A stretch of 64,000 nt of DNA, taken from NCBI GenBank assembly GCA_017882785.1, contig JADGOV010000003.1, positions 1,076 through 65,075 on the forward strand. Direction: 5' to 3'. This stretch comes from Frankiaceae bacterium (GTDB taxonomy: Bacteria; Actinomycetota; Actinomycetes; JADGOV01). The notes below the pieces were generated by a model. It was not told where the DNA came from. It worked only from the letters and a program-made list of their open reading frames with translations, and did no database searches. Positions 28,817 through 37,153 of the stretch are shown here, in pieces (position 1 is the stretch's first letter; each line of letters begins with the position of its first letter). Position numbers and translations under genes: made by a program.

Positions 28817-29648
28817 GCCGGCCATGCTGCCCGAGGCGGGGCCCACCGAGGCGGGGCCCACCGAGGCCGGGCCCACCGAGGCCGGGCCGAGCATCACGCG
28901 GATCCGCGAGGTGGGGCAGCCCGACTCCGTCATCGGCCGGGTCAACGCCGAACACTGGGCGGGCCGGCTCTACATGCGACGCTTCTCGCCGTACGCCACG
29001 CGACTCCTGCTGCGGACGTCCATCTCGGCGAACGGCGTGACGTGGCTGATGATCGTCAGTGGCGTACTCGCTGCCGCCGTCCTCACCCTGCCCGGGGTCG
29101 TGGCCGCCGTTGGCACGGTGCTGTTGGTGCAGTGCCAGCTGCTGTTCGACTGTGCGGACGGGGAGGTGGCCCGGTGGCGGGACACGCTGTCGCCGGCGGG
29201 GGTGTACCTGGACCGGATCGGACACTACTCGACGGAGGCGGCACTGGCGGTCGCGCTGGGCATCCGTGCCGACGGCGGGTGGGGCTCGATCGACGGCTGG
29301 ACCACGCTGGGGCTCTTGGCCGCCGTGCTCGTGTTGCTGGTCAAGAGCGAGACCGACCTGGTGGACGCGGCCCGTGCCCGGGGCGGGCGAGCGGTCCTTG
29401 CGGACACCGGCTCCCCACCGGGCGCGGCAGGGATGCACCGGCTCCGCCGGACCATCGGCTTCCTGCCGTTCTTTCGCATGTTCATCGCCGTGGAGTTCTC
29501 TTTCCTGGCGCTCGCCGCGGCACTCGTCGATGCCACGGCCGGCAGCCTGGTCGGGACCCGCACACTGCTGCTGGTGTTCCTGCCGGCCGTCGCGATCACG
29601 GCCGCCGGGCACCTGGCCAGCGTGCTCGCCTCGAGTCGGTTGCGATGA
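28809..29648 (+). CDS. CDP-alcohol phosphotransferase family membrane protein
   Basis: DCADGEVAR-x7-AG-x3-D-x3-H motif and multiple TM helices. The N-terminus carries the tandem repeat EAGPTEAGPTEAGPTEAGPS. Confidence 0.75.
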   Translation: MAKPAMLPEAGPTEAGPTEAGPTEAGPSITRIREVGQPDSVIGRVNAEHWAGRLYMRRFSPYATRLLLRTSISANGVTWLMIVSGVLAAAVLTLPGVVAAVGTVLLVQCQLLFDCADGEVARWRDTLSPAGVYLDRIGHYSTEAALAVALGIRADGGWGSIDGWTTLGLLAAVLVLLVKSETDLVDAARARGGRAVLADTGSPPGAAGMHRLRRTIGFLPFFRMFIAVEFSFLALAAALVDATAGSLVGTRTLLLVFLPAVAITAAGHLASVLASSRLR

Positions 29649-30544
29649 CCGCGATGACCGCATCGCCGACGCTGGCGGTCGAGCTGCCGTCCTACGGTGC
29701 GGTCCTGCTGACCCAAGGCACGCGGCCCCGAGAGCTCGCGACCGCGATCGCGTCCCTGCGCGCGCAGCGGGGCGTACGGCTCGACCTCGTCGTTGTCGGC
29801 AACGGCTGGCAGCCCGCCCCGTTGCCGCCGCAGGTGTCGGCAGTGGTGCTGCCTGACAACGTCGGCATTCCCGCCGGACGCAACGCCGGCGTGCCCGCGG
29901 TCGGCGGTGACCTGTTGCTGTTCCTCGACGACGACGCGAGCCTGCCGCAGCCGGACGCGTTGGCGCGACTCGCGGCAGTGTTTGCCGCAGATCCTTCCCT
30001 CGGCCTCGTGCAGCCGCGGGTGCAGGACCCGGAGGGCCGCCCGTCGCCGTCCCGGTGGGTTCCCCGGCTGCATCCGGGCGATCCGTCGCGAAGCAGTGAC
30101 GTGTGTGCCGTGTGGGAGGGTGCGGTTGTGGTCCGCCGCACGCTCTTCGAGGCCATCGGCGGCTGGGGGGCGCACTTCTTCTACGGACACGAGGGGATCG
30201 AGCTGGCCTGGCGGGTCTGGGACGCCGGGTTCCGGGTCCGCTACATCGGCGAGGTCACCGCGCACCACCCGGTCGTGGACCCCTGCCGCCACCACGACGC
30301 GTTGCGGTACCTGGCCCGCAACCGGGTGTGGCTGGCTCGGCGCAACCTGCCGTTGCCACTGGCCGCGGCGTACCTGCTGACCTGGTTCCTGCTCACGATC
30401 GCCAGGGCGTCACAGCCAGGCGCGATCCACGCCCTGCTGATCGGCTACCGCGACGGGTTCATCCAGCCCTGCGGGCCGCGTCGACCACTGCGTTGGCGAA
30501 CGGCCTGGCTGATGACGCGCGCCGGGCGACCGCCGGTCATCTGA
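29645..30544 (+). CDS. Glycosyltransferase family 2
   Basis: VLLTQGTRPREL...VVVGNG...LLLFLDDDASL is GT2 DXD-type. ATGA overlap with the upstream gene. Confidence 0.75.
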   Translation: MTAMTASPTLAVELPSYGAVLLTQGTRPRELATAIASLRAQRGVRLDLVVVGNGWQPAPLPPQVSAVVLPDNVGIPAGRNAGVPAVGGDLLLFLDDDASLPQPDALARLAAVFAADPSLGLVQPRVQDPEGRPSPSRWVPRLHPGDPSRSSDVCAVWEGAVVVRRTLFEAIGGWGAHFFYGHEGIELAWRVWDAGFRVRYIGEVTAHHPVVDPCRHHDALRYLARNRVWLARRNLPLPLAAAYLLTWFLLTIARASQPGAIHALLIGYRDGFIQPCGPRRPLRWRTAWLMTRAGRPPVI

Positions 30545-30693
30545 GGGGGCCGATCACGGCTCGCGCAGAAAGCCGCGCACTGCAGGCTACCTATCGGCGG
30601 CTGGACGTCGGTGATCCGCTGCTGCGGATCGAGGGCGACCTCAGCGGCGGCCCCGACGTTGCCTCCAGTGACGGTGCGTCCAGTGACGCGACC

Positions 30694-32418
30694 GTGTGGT
30701 TGGTCGCCCGGGCCCGGCGGAGCGGGGCCGAGGTGAGCGAGCCGGTGAGTGCCGCGGACGGTCGGTTCCGGACGGTGCTCGACGTGCGGCGACTCGCCGC
30801 CCAGGAAGTCGCCGGCGGCGTCTGGGACGTCTATCTGGCCACCGGTGCCGACCGGGCGAGACTCGCCGCCCCCTTCCCCGACCTGCCGCACCGCCACCGG
30901 GTGCTCGCCTATCCGACGTGCGCCGTGCAGTCCGCCGGCCTCCACTACGACGTGGGACCCTACGTCACGCTGGATGACCGACTGTCGATCGCCTGCACCG
31001 TCGGCGAGCTGCAACCGGCACCGCATCGGCCGGCCCGGTGGGCGAGGGGGCTGCGGCGCCGGTTCGGGCCTGCGCGGAAAGGGACGCGGAAAGGGACAAC
31101 GCCTCGGGCGCGGGCGGCTGGTCGAGGGCTCTCGGCCCTCGCCTTGCGGCTGCTCTACCGGGCGACGGCGCCGCCGCCGCTGCCGCCTGAGGGCCGGGCG
31201 CGCCCGGCCGGCCGGGTCTGCATCGTGTTGATGAACGCCTACGGCATGGGCGGCACGATACGCACAACCTTCACCCTCGCCGGGTACCTGGCCCGGACAG
31301 CGGACGTCGAGATCCTCAGCATGGTGCGGCACCGCGACCAGCCGTTCCTAGCGTTGCCCGCCGGCGTACGGCTGACTCCGCTAAACGATCTGATGGCGGC
31401 CGAGGTTGGGCGGGCTTGCGGGCTCGGCGCTGGCCTGCGTCGTCTGCTGGCGCGCGTCCCCAGCGTGCTGACGCACGAAGAGGACTACGCCTGGGACACG
31501 TGTTCCGCACTCACCGACCTGCGACTGCTGCGTCGGCTGCGGGCGCTGCCGCCCTCGTCGGTGCTGATCACCACCCGGCCGGCTTTCAACCTCATCGCCG
31601 CCCGTCACGCTCCGCCTTGGATCACCACCATCGGCCAGGAGCACCAGCACATCGCCGCGCATCGAGCCGGGCTGGCCGCGGAGGTTAGTCGTCACTACTC
31701 GCGGCTGGACGCCTTGACCGTGCTGACCCGGGCCGACGAGCATGACTACCGTCGGCTGCTGGCCGGACAGCGCACCCGGGTGGCCCGGATCCCGAACGCC
31801 GTACCAGACCCAGACGCAGACCCCCCGGCTACTTCTCCGCCGCGGCGGCAGAAGGTGGTCGTGGCTGCCGGACGGCTCGTCCGGCAGAAGGGTTTCGACC
31901 TGCTCATCGACGCCTTCGCGCTGGTTGCCGCCCTGGAGCCCGGGTGGACGCTGCGGATCTATGGCAGCGGCGTCAAGGCGCCGGCGCTGCGAGCGAAGAT
32001 CGACGCTGCCGGGCTCTACAACGCGGTCTTTCTGGTCGGCTCGACCGACCGGCTCGGCGCGGAGCTGTCCAAGGGCTCGATCTTCGCGCTCAGCTCGCGG
32101 TATGAGGGGTTCGGCATGGTCCTGCTGGAGGCGATGAGCGCCGGCCTGCCCGTTGTGAGCTTCGACTGCCCCAACGGCCCGCGCGAGATCCTCACCGACG
32201 GCCGGGACGGCGTGCTGGTCCCCAACGGGGACGTGGCGGCCTTTGCGGCAGCGCTGCTCGACCTCATCCGGGACGAGGCCCGCCGTGAGCGAGTGGCGGC
32301 CGCCGGCCGTCAGACGGCGCGGCGTTACAGCCAGGCCGCGGTGGGCGCGCGGTGGACGGCACTGCTGGCCGAGCTCAGAGCGCTAGATTTCAGCGGGACA
32401 GTTCGGCCGCCATCGTGA
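30694..32418 (+). CDS. Glycosyltransferase family 4 with an N-terminal extension of unknown function
   Basis: C-terminal EGFGMVLLEAMSAGLPVVSFDCPNGPREIL is a GT4 signature. The nearest canonical start, GTG 30694, is used. Continuous coding-like sequence runs from 30545 with no canonical start. Confidence 0.65.
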   Translation: MWLVARARRSGAEVSEPVSAADGRFRTVLDVRRLAAQEVAGGVWDVYLATGADRARLAAPFPDLPHRHRVLAYPTCAVQSAGLHYDVGPYVTLDDRLSIACTVGELQPAPHRPARWARGLRRRFGPARKGTRKGTTPRARAAGRGLSALALRLLYRATAPPPLPPEGRARPAGRVCIVLMNAYGMGGTIRTTFTLAGYLARTADVEILSMVRHRDQPFLALPAGVRLTPLNDLMAAEVGRACGLGAGLRRLLARVPSVLTHEEDYAWDTCSALTDLRLLRRLRALPPSSVLITTRPAFNLIAARHAPPWITTIGQEHQHIAAHRAGLAAEVSRHYSRLDALTVLTRADEHDYRRLLAGQRTRVARIPNAVPDPDADPPATSPPRRQKVVVAAGRLVRQKGFDLLIDAFALVAALEPGWTLRIYGSGVKAPALRAKIDAAGLYNAVFLVGSTDRLGAELSKGSIFALSSRYEGFGMVLLEAMSAGLPVVSFDCPNGPREILTDGRDGVLVPNGDVAAFAAALLDLIRDEARRERVAAAGRQTARRYSQAAVGARWTALLAELRALDFSGTVRPPS

Positions 32419-34345
32419 GGTAGGGCTCCAGCGCGGCCGGGTTCTGCAGGGCGTCGAGGGCGACGGCCTGCTCGGCGGGGAGGCCGGCCAGGATCCGCTT
32501 GACCGGAATCTCGCACTTCTTGCCGTTGAGCGTGTGCGGCACCGCTGCCACCGGCACGATCCGATCGGGGACGTGCCGCGGCGAGAGCGCGCCGCGGATG
32601 GTCGTCCGGATCCGCCGGTCCAGCTCGCCGTCGAGTCCGGTGTCCTCGGCGAGCACCACGAACAGCAGCAGGGCGCCGTTGTCCGCGCCGCTGCCGGTGT
32701 CTATCACCAGCGAGTCGAGGACCTCCGGCAGGTCCTCGACGACGGAGTAGAACTCGCTGGTGCCCATCCGCACCCCGCCGCGATTGAGCGTGGAGTCGCT
32801 GCGACCGGTGATGACGAGCGTCCCGCGCGGCGTGATCCGCACCCAGTCACCGTGTCGCCACACTCCCGGGAAGTCCTCGAAGTAGGCGGCGCGCAGCTTG
32901 GCTCCGTCCGGGTCGTTCCAGAACGACACCGGCATCGAGGGCATCGGCTCGGTAAGGACCAGCTCGCCGACCTCGTCGACCACCGGCTGACCCGTCGGGT
33001 CGTACGCCTCGATCTTCGCGCCGAGCATCCGGCACTGGATCTCACCGGCGTAGACCGGCAGGGTCGGCACACCGCCGGCGAACGCGGTGCACACGTCCGT
33101 GCCGCCGCTGACCGAGGCGAGGAGCAGGTCGGCGCCGACCGCGTCGTAGACGTAGCGGAAGCCCTTCGGCGGCAGCGGCGCGCCGGTGGAGCCGACGGTC
33201 CGCAGAGCGCTGAGGTCGTGCGCGGTGCCCGGCCGCAGGCCCGCGGTGCGGCAGGACATGAGGTATGGGGCCGATGCGCCGAAACACGTGATGCCATGCC
33301 GCTCCGCCAGCTCCCACAGCGCGTCGAGGTCCGGATAGGCAGGCGACCCGTCGAAGAGCACGAGGGTCGCGCCCACGGTCAGTCCGGAGACGAGGAAGTT
33401 CCACATCATCCAACCGGTGGTGGTGAACCAGAAGAACCGGTCGCCCGGCCCGAGGTCCATGTGCAGCGCCAGCGCCTTGAGGTGCTCGGTCAGGATGCCC
33501 GCGTGGCCCTGCACGATCGCCTTGGGCAACCCGGTCGTGCCGGAGCTGTAGAGGATCCACAGCGGGTGGTCGGCAGGCACGGGCTCGAACGACGGCTCCG
33601 CCGGTGTGGCCAGCAGCTCCGCCCACGACACCGTGTCGGGCAGCGCGGCCTCTGGGTCGAGATAGCTGATAAGCACGGTGGCGCGCAGCCGCGGGAGTTG
33701 CGCCTGCAGCGTGGCCACGGTGGGCCGGATGTCGAATCCCTTGCCGTTGTACCGGTAGCCGTCGACAGCCAGGAAGACGGTGGGCTCGATCTGGGTGAAG
33801 CGTTCCGCGACGGCCTGCGGGCCGAAGTCCGGGGAGCAGCTGGACCAGGTCGCGCCGAGGCTGGCGGTGGCCAGGAAGGCCACGATCGCCTCCGGCGCGT
33901 TCGGCAGCAGTGCGGCCACCCGGTCCCCCCGGCGTACGCCGAGGCGGCGCAGGCCGGCCGCAGCGGCACCCACCGCGGCGCGCAGTTCGGTGAAGCTGAG
34001 CTGTCGGGCCAGCCCGTCCTCGCGGGTGAAGATCAGGGCCGGCCCGTCGCCGGCGCGTGCCAAGGCGTGCTCGGCGTAGTTCAACGTGGCACCGGGGAAC
34101 CACTGCGCGCCGGGCATCTCCCGCCGACCGAGTACCGCCGTGTACGGGGTCGAGGCGCGGATGCCGAAATGCTCCCAGATCGAGCCCCAGAACGCCTCCA
34201 GGTCCGTGACCGACCAATGCCACAGGTCTGCATAGGTCGGCAGATCCAGGCCGCGGGTGTCCCGCACTGTCCGCTGGAAGGCGGTGATGCGGGCCGACTC
34301 GACCCGATCCGGGGAGGGCGTCCAGAGGACCTCGGCGTCGCTCAT
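32390..34345 (-). CDS. Acetoacetyl-CoA synthetase (acetoacetate--CoA ligase)
   Basis: 651 aa. AMP-binding motifs LYSSGTTGLPKAI and TGD...GR, and an N-terminal region typical of AacS. Confidence 0.85.
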   Translation of the reverse strand: MSDAEVLWTPSPDRVESARITAFQRTVRDTRGLDLPTYADLWHWSVTDLEAFWGSIWEHFGIRASTPYTAVLGRREMPGAQWFPGATLNYAEHALARAGDGPALIFTREDGLARQLSFTELRAAVGAAAAGLRRLGVRRGDRVAALLPNAPEAIVAFLATASLGATWSSCSPDFGPQAVAERFTQIEPTVFLAVDGYRYNGKGFDIRPTVATLQAQLPRLRATVLISYLDPEAALPDTVSWAELLATPAEPSFEPVPADHPLWILYSSGTTGLPKAIVQGHAGILTEHLKALALHMDLGPGDRFFWFTTTGWMMWNFLVSGLTVGATLVLFDGSPAYPDLDALWELAERHGITCFGASAPYLMSCRTAGLRPGTAHDLSALRTVGSTGAPLPPKGFRYVYDAVGADLLLASVSGGTDVCTAFAGGVPTLPVYAGEIQCRMLGAKIEAYDPTGQPVVDEVGELVLTEPMPSMPVSFWNDPDGAKLRAAYFEDFPGVWRHGDWVRITPRGTLVITGRSDSTLNRGGVRMGTSEFYSVVEDLPEVLDSLVIDTGSGADNGALLLFVVLAEDTGLDGELDRRIRTTIRGALSPRHVPDRIVPVAAVPHTLNGKKCEIPVKRILAGLPAEQAVALDALQNPAALEPYLTMAAELSR

Positions 34346-34397
34346 GACCCGACCCTAGTTGGCCGACTGTGTGACACCGCTCTGGGACAGTGGAGGG

Positions 34398-35381
34398 ATG
34401 CGGGTTCTCGTCACTGGTGGCGCTGGGTTCATCGGGTCGCACTACGTCCGCACGCTGTTGGGCGGGGGGTACCCCGCCGTGGCGGGTGCCGAGGTCACCG
34501 TCTATGACAAGTTGACCTACGCGGGCAACCTGGCCAACCTGGCGTCCGTCGCCGACCATCCGGGCTACCGCTTCCTCCACGGCGACATCGGCGACGCCGA
34601 GTTGCTGGCGGCGACTCTCCCCGGGCACGACGCGGTGCTCAACTTCGCCGCCGAGACGCACGTCGACCGCTCCATCGTCGGCGCCGCCGAATTCGTCCTG
34701 ACCAACGCCCTCGGTGTGCAGGTCCTGCTCGACGCGTGCCTGCGGGCCGGCATCCCCCGGGTCGTCCAGGTGTCCACCGACGAGGTGTACGGCACCATTC
34801 CGGTCGGCAGCTGGACAGAATCGCACGTCCTCGAACCCAACTCGCCCTACGCCGCGGCAAAGGCGGGCGGCGACCTGATCGCCCGGGCGTACGCGGTGAC
34901 CCACGGGCTCAATGTCAGCATCACCCGCTGCACCAACAACTACGGCCCGTACCAGTACCCGGAGAAGGTCATCCCGTTGTTCATCACCAACCTGATCGAG
35001 GGTCGGCAGGTGCCGCTCTACGGCGACGGCGGCAACATCAGGGACTGGCTGCACGTCGATGACCACTGTCGTGGCATCCAACTCGTGCTCGAACGCGGCG
35101 CACCAGCCGAGATCTACAACATCGGCGGCGGCCGTGAGCTGAGGAATAGGGAGCTGACCGCTCTGCTGCTCTCGGCATGCGACGCCGGCTGGGACCGGGT
35201 GGATCATGTGCCGGACCGGTTGGGTCACGACCGCCGCTACTCTCTCGACGACGGCAAGCTGCAGGCGATGGGGTACGCACCGCGGGTCAGCTTCGCCGAC
35301 GGGTTGGCGGAGACCGTGCGCTGGTATCGGGAGCACGAGGCCTGGTGGCGCCCGTTGAACGCATTGGACGCGCCGAAGTGA
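34398..35381 (+). CDS. rmlB: dTDP-glucose 4,6-dehydratase
   Basis: MRVLVTGGAGFIGSHYV...YAAAKAGGDL and C-terminal RmlB motifs. GGAGGG lies upstream of the ATG. Confidence 0.9.
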   Translation: MRVLVTGGAGFIGSHYVRTLLGGGYPAVAGAEVTVYDKLTYAGNLANLASVADHPGYRFLHGDIGDAELLAATLPGHDAVLNFAAETHVDRSIVGAAEFVLTNALGVQVLLDACLRAGIPRVVQVSTDEVYGTIPVGSWTESHVLEPNSPYAAAKAGGDLIARAYAVTHGLNVSITRCTNNYGPYQYPEKVIPLFITNLIEGRQVPLYGDGGNIRDWLHVDDHCRGIQLVLERGAPAEIYNIGGGRELRNRELTALLLSACDAGWDRVDHVPDRLGHDRRYSLDDGKLQAMGYAPRVSFADGLAETVRWYREHEAWWRPLNALDAPK

Positions 35382-36238
35382 CCCGCTGGTTGGTCACCGG
35401 GGCGGGCGGTCAGCTCGGCGCCGACCTGCTGCGGGTGCTCGCAGCCGCGTCGGCCCAGGTGACGGGGCGCACCCACCAGGAACTGGACATCGCCGACCGG
35501 GGCGCGCTCGCCGACGCGGTCCGCGGCGTGGACGTGGTGGTCAACGCGGCAGGCTGGACCGATGTGGACGGCGCCGAGTCGGCGGAAGTGGCGGCCCACG
35601 CGGCGAACGCAACCGCGCCAGGCTTGGTGGCCCAAGCGTGCGCGGCTGCCGGGGCCACGATGATCCACCTCTCTACCGACTACGTCTTCTCCGGCGACGC
35701 CACGACCCCCTACCGGGAGGAGAACCCGACCAGACCACGCTCGGCGTACGGCCGGTCCAAGGCGGCGGGGGAGCGGGCGGTGCTGGCCAGCGGGGCGCGG
35801 GCCTACGTGGTGCGTGCTGCCTGGCTGTACGGCCAGACGGGCCACAACTTCGTCCGGACCATGGCCCGGCTGGAGCGCGAGCGGGACACGGTGGACGTGG
35901 TTGCCGACCAGCACGGCTCGCCGACGTGGTCGCGTGACCTCGCCGCGGGGCTCGTTGCCCTGGGCGAATCCGGCGTCAGCCCCGGGGTGTACCACTGCAC
36001 GAACGCGGGCGACACGACGTGGTTCGGCCTGGCCCGGGCGGTGTTCAGTGAGCTCGGCGCCGATCCCGACAGGATCCACCCGACCACAACGGATCGCTAC
36101 CCGCGCCCGGCACCCCGCCCGGCGTACAGCGTGCTGTCGGCGGTCAAGTGGCAGGCGGCTGGCCTGCCTGCGCTACGCCCCTGGCGGGCGGCCCTGATCG
36201 AGGCGTTCCGCGTCGGCGGGGAGGGGCTGCGCGGCTAG
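35378..36238 (+). CDS. rmlD: dTDP-4-dehydrorhamnose reductase
   Basis: WLVTGAGGQLG...LSTDYVFSGD...YGRSK. The GTG start overlaps the rmlB stop (GTGA). Confidence 0.85.
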   Translation: MTRWLVTGAGGQLGADLLRVLAAASAQVTGRTHQELDIADRGALADAVRGVDVVVNAAGWTDVDGAESAEVAAHAANATAPGLVAQACAAAGATMIHLSTDYVFSGDATTPYREENPTRPRSAYGRSKAAGERAVLASGARAYVVRAAWLYGQTGHNFVRTMARLERERDTVDVVADQHGSPTWSRDLAAGLVALGESGVSPGVYHCTNAGDTTWFGLARAVFSELGADPDRIHPTTTDRYPRPAPRPAYSVLSAVKWQAAGLPALRPWRAALIEAFRVGGEGLRG

Positions 36239-37140
36239 GACGGCGACGAGGTCAGGCTCACGAGACGGAACGTGGTGGCCACGACGTCCCGCGTGGCGCT
36301 GCAGGTCAGCGGCGCGGGGCGCGTCTTCTCGGCGGCAACGGTGACCGTGACCGGGCCATCGGCCGCTGCCAGGCGCACCTGCCACGTGGCCGCCCCCAGT
36401 CGGTGCACGCCGCGCGGAGCCAAGCCGTCCACGTCCCGCTCGCCCAGCGCCAAGCGGGCATGGTGCTGCGCCGCCTGCACCGGTGTGGAGAACGTGGAGC
36501 GCCCACGCAGCAACTCGGGCACGACACGACGCTCCTCGTACGCCTCGATGATGCCGGCAGCGTCGGTCGCGGTGACCTGACCGTAGAACAGACCGTGCGG
36601 CAGCAGAACAAGGTTCGCCGCGAACCGGTCGCCGCCGACGTGGGAGCACTCCCAGGTCTCGGCCGGGCGCAGGGCGCTCAACCGGGCGGCCACCGGCCGG
36701 CCGCGGATGGCGCAGCAGGCGTCATGTCGACCGTGCGTACAGACCAGGTACGTCGGCCCCGGTCTGCGGGTTCCTGCCGAGCCGTCGAGCGGCACCCGGA
36801 GGAGCTCGTCGTCGCTGCCGACGCTGCCCCAGTACGACGCCTCAAGCCCCGGGCGGGAGTCGACGTAGGCCCACCGGCGGGGGCCGGCGACTGGGCGGCC
36901 ATACCGGCGGATGAGCAGCAGCCGCGCGCTGGCAACGTCGGCCCGGTCGAGCAGGTCCTCTGCCACGGTCAGGCTCAGCCCACAGGACCTGGCCGCGTCC
37001 CGGCCCCACGGCCCGGACTGTTCGACGAGTAGCCATCGGGTGACCGGGGTGGCGGTCGCGGCCGCGGCATCGCCCCGCAGTTCGGCGGCTGGTGCGCACC
37101 GCAGGATCGGAGCCCCGATCGCTTCGGCCTGCGCAGTCAC
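36235..37140 (-). CDS. Sucrase/ferredoxin-like family protein (thioredoxin-like fold)
   Basis: LVCTHGRHDACCAIRGRP is a Suc_Fer-like family signature. It lies 14 nt downstream of the cupin gene. Confidence 0.65.
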   Translation of the reverse strand: MTAQAEAIGAPILRCAPAAELRGDAAAATATPVTRWLLVEQSGPWGRDAARSCGLSLTVAEDLLDRADVASARLLLIRRYGRPVAGPRRWAYVDSRPGLEASYWGSVGSDDELLRVPLDGSAGTRRPGPTYLVCTHGRHDACCAIRGRPVAARLSALRPAETWECSHVGGDRFAANLVLLPHGLFYGQVTATDAAGIIEAYEERRVVPELLRGRSTFSTPVQAAQHHARLALGERDVDGLAPRGVHRLGAATWQVRLAAADGPVTVTVAAEKTRPAPLTCSATRDVVATTFRLVSLTSSPS

Positions 37141-37153
37141 GCCGATACGACGA

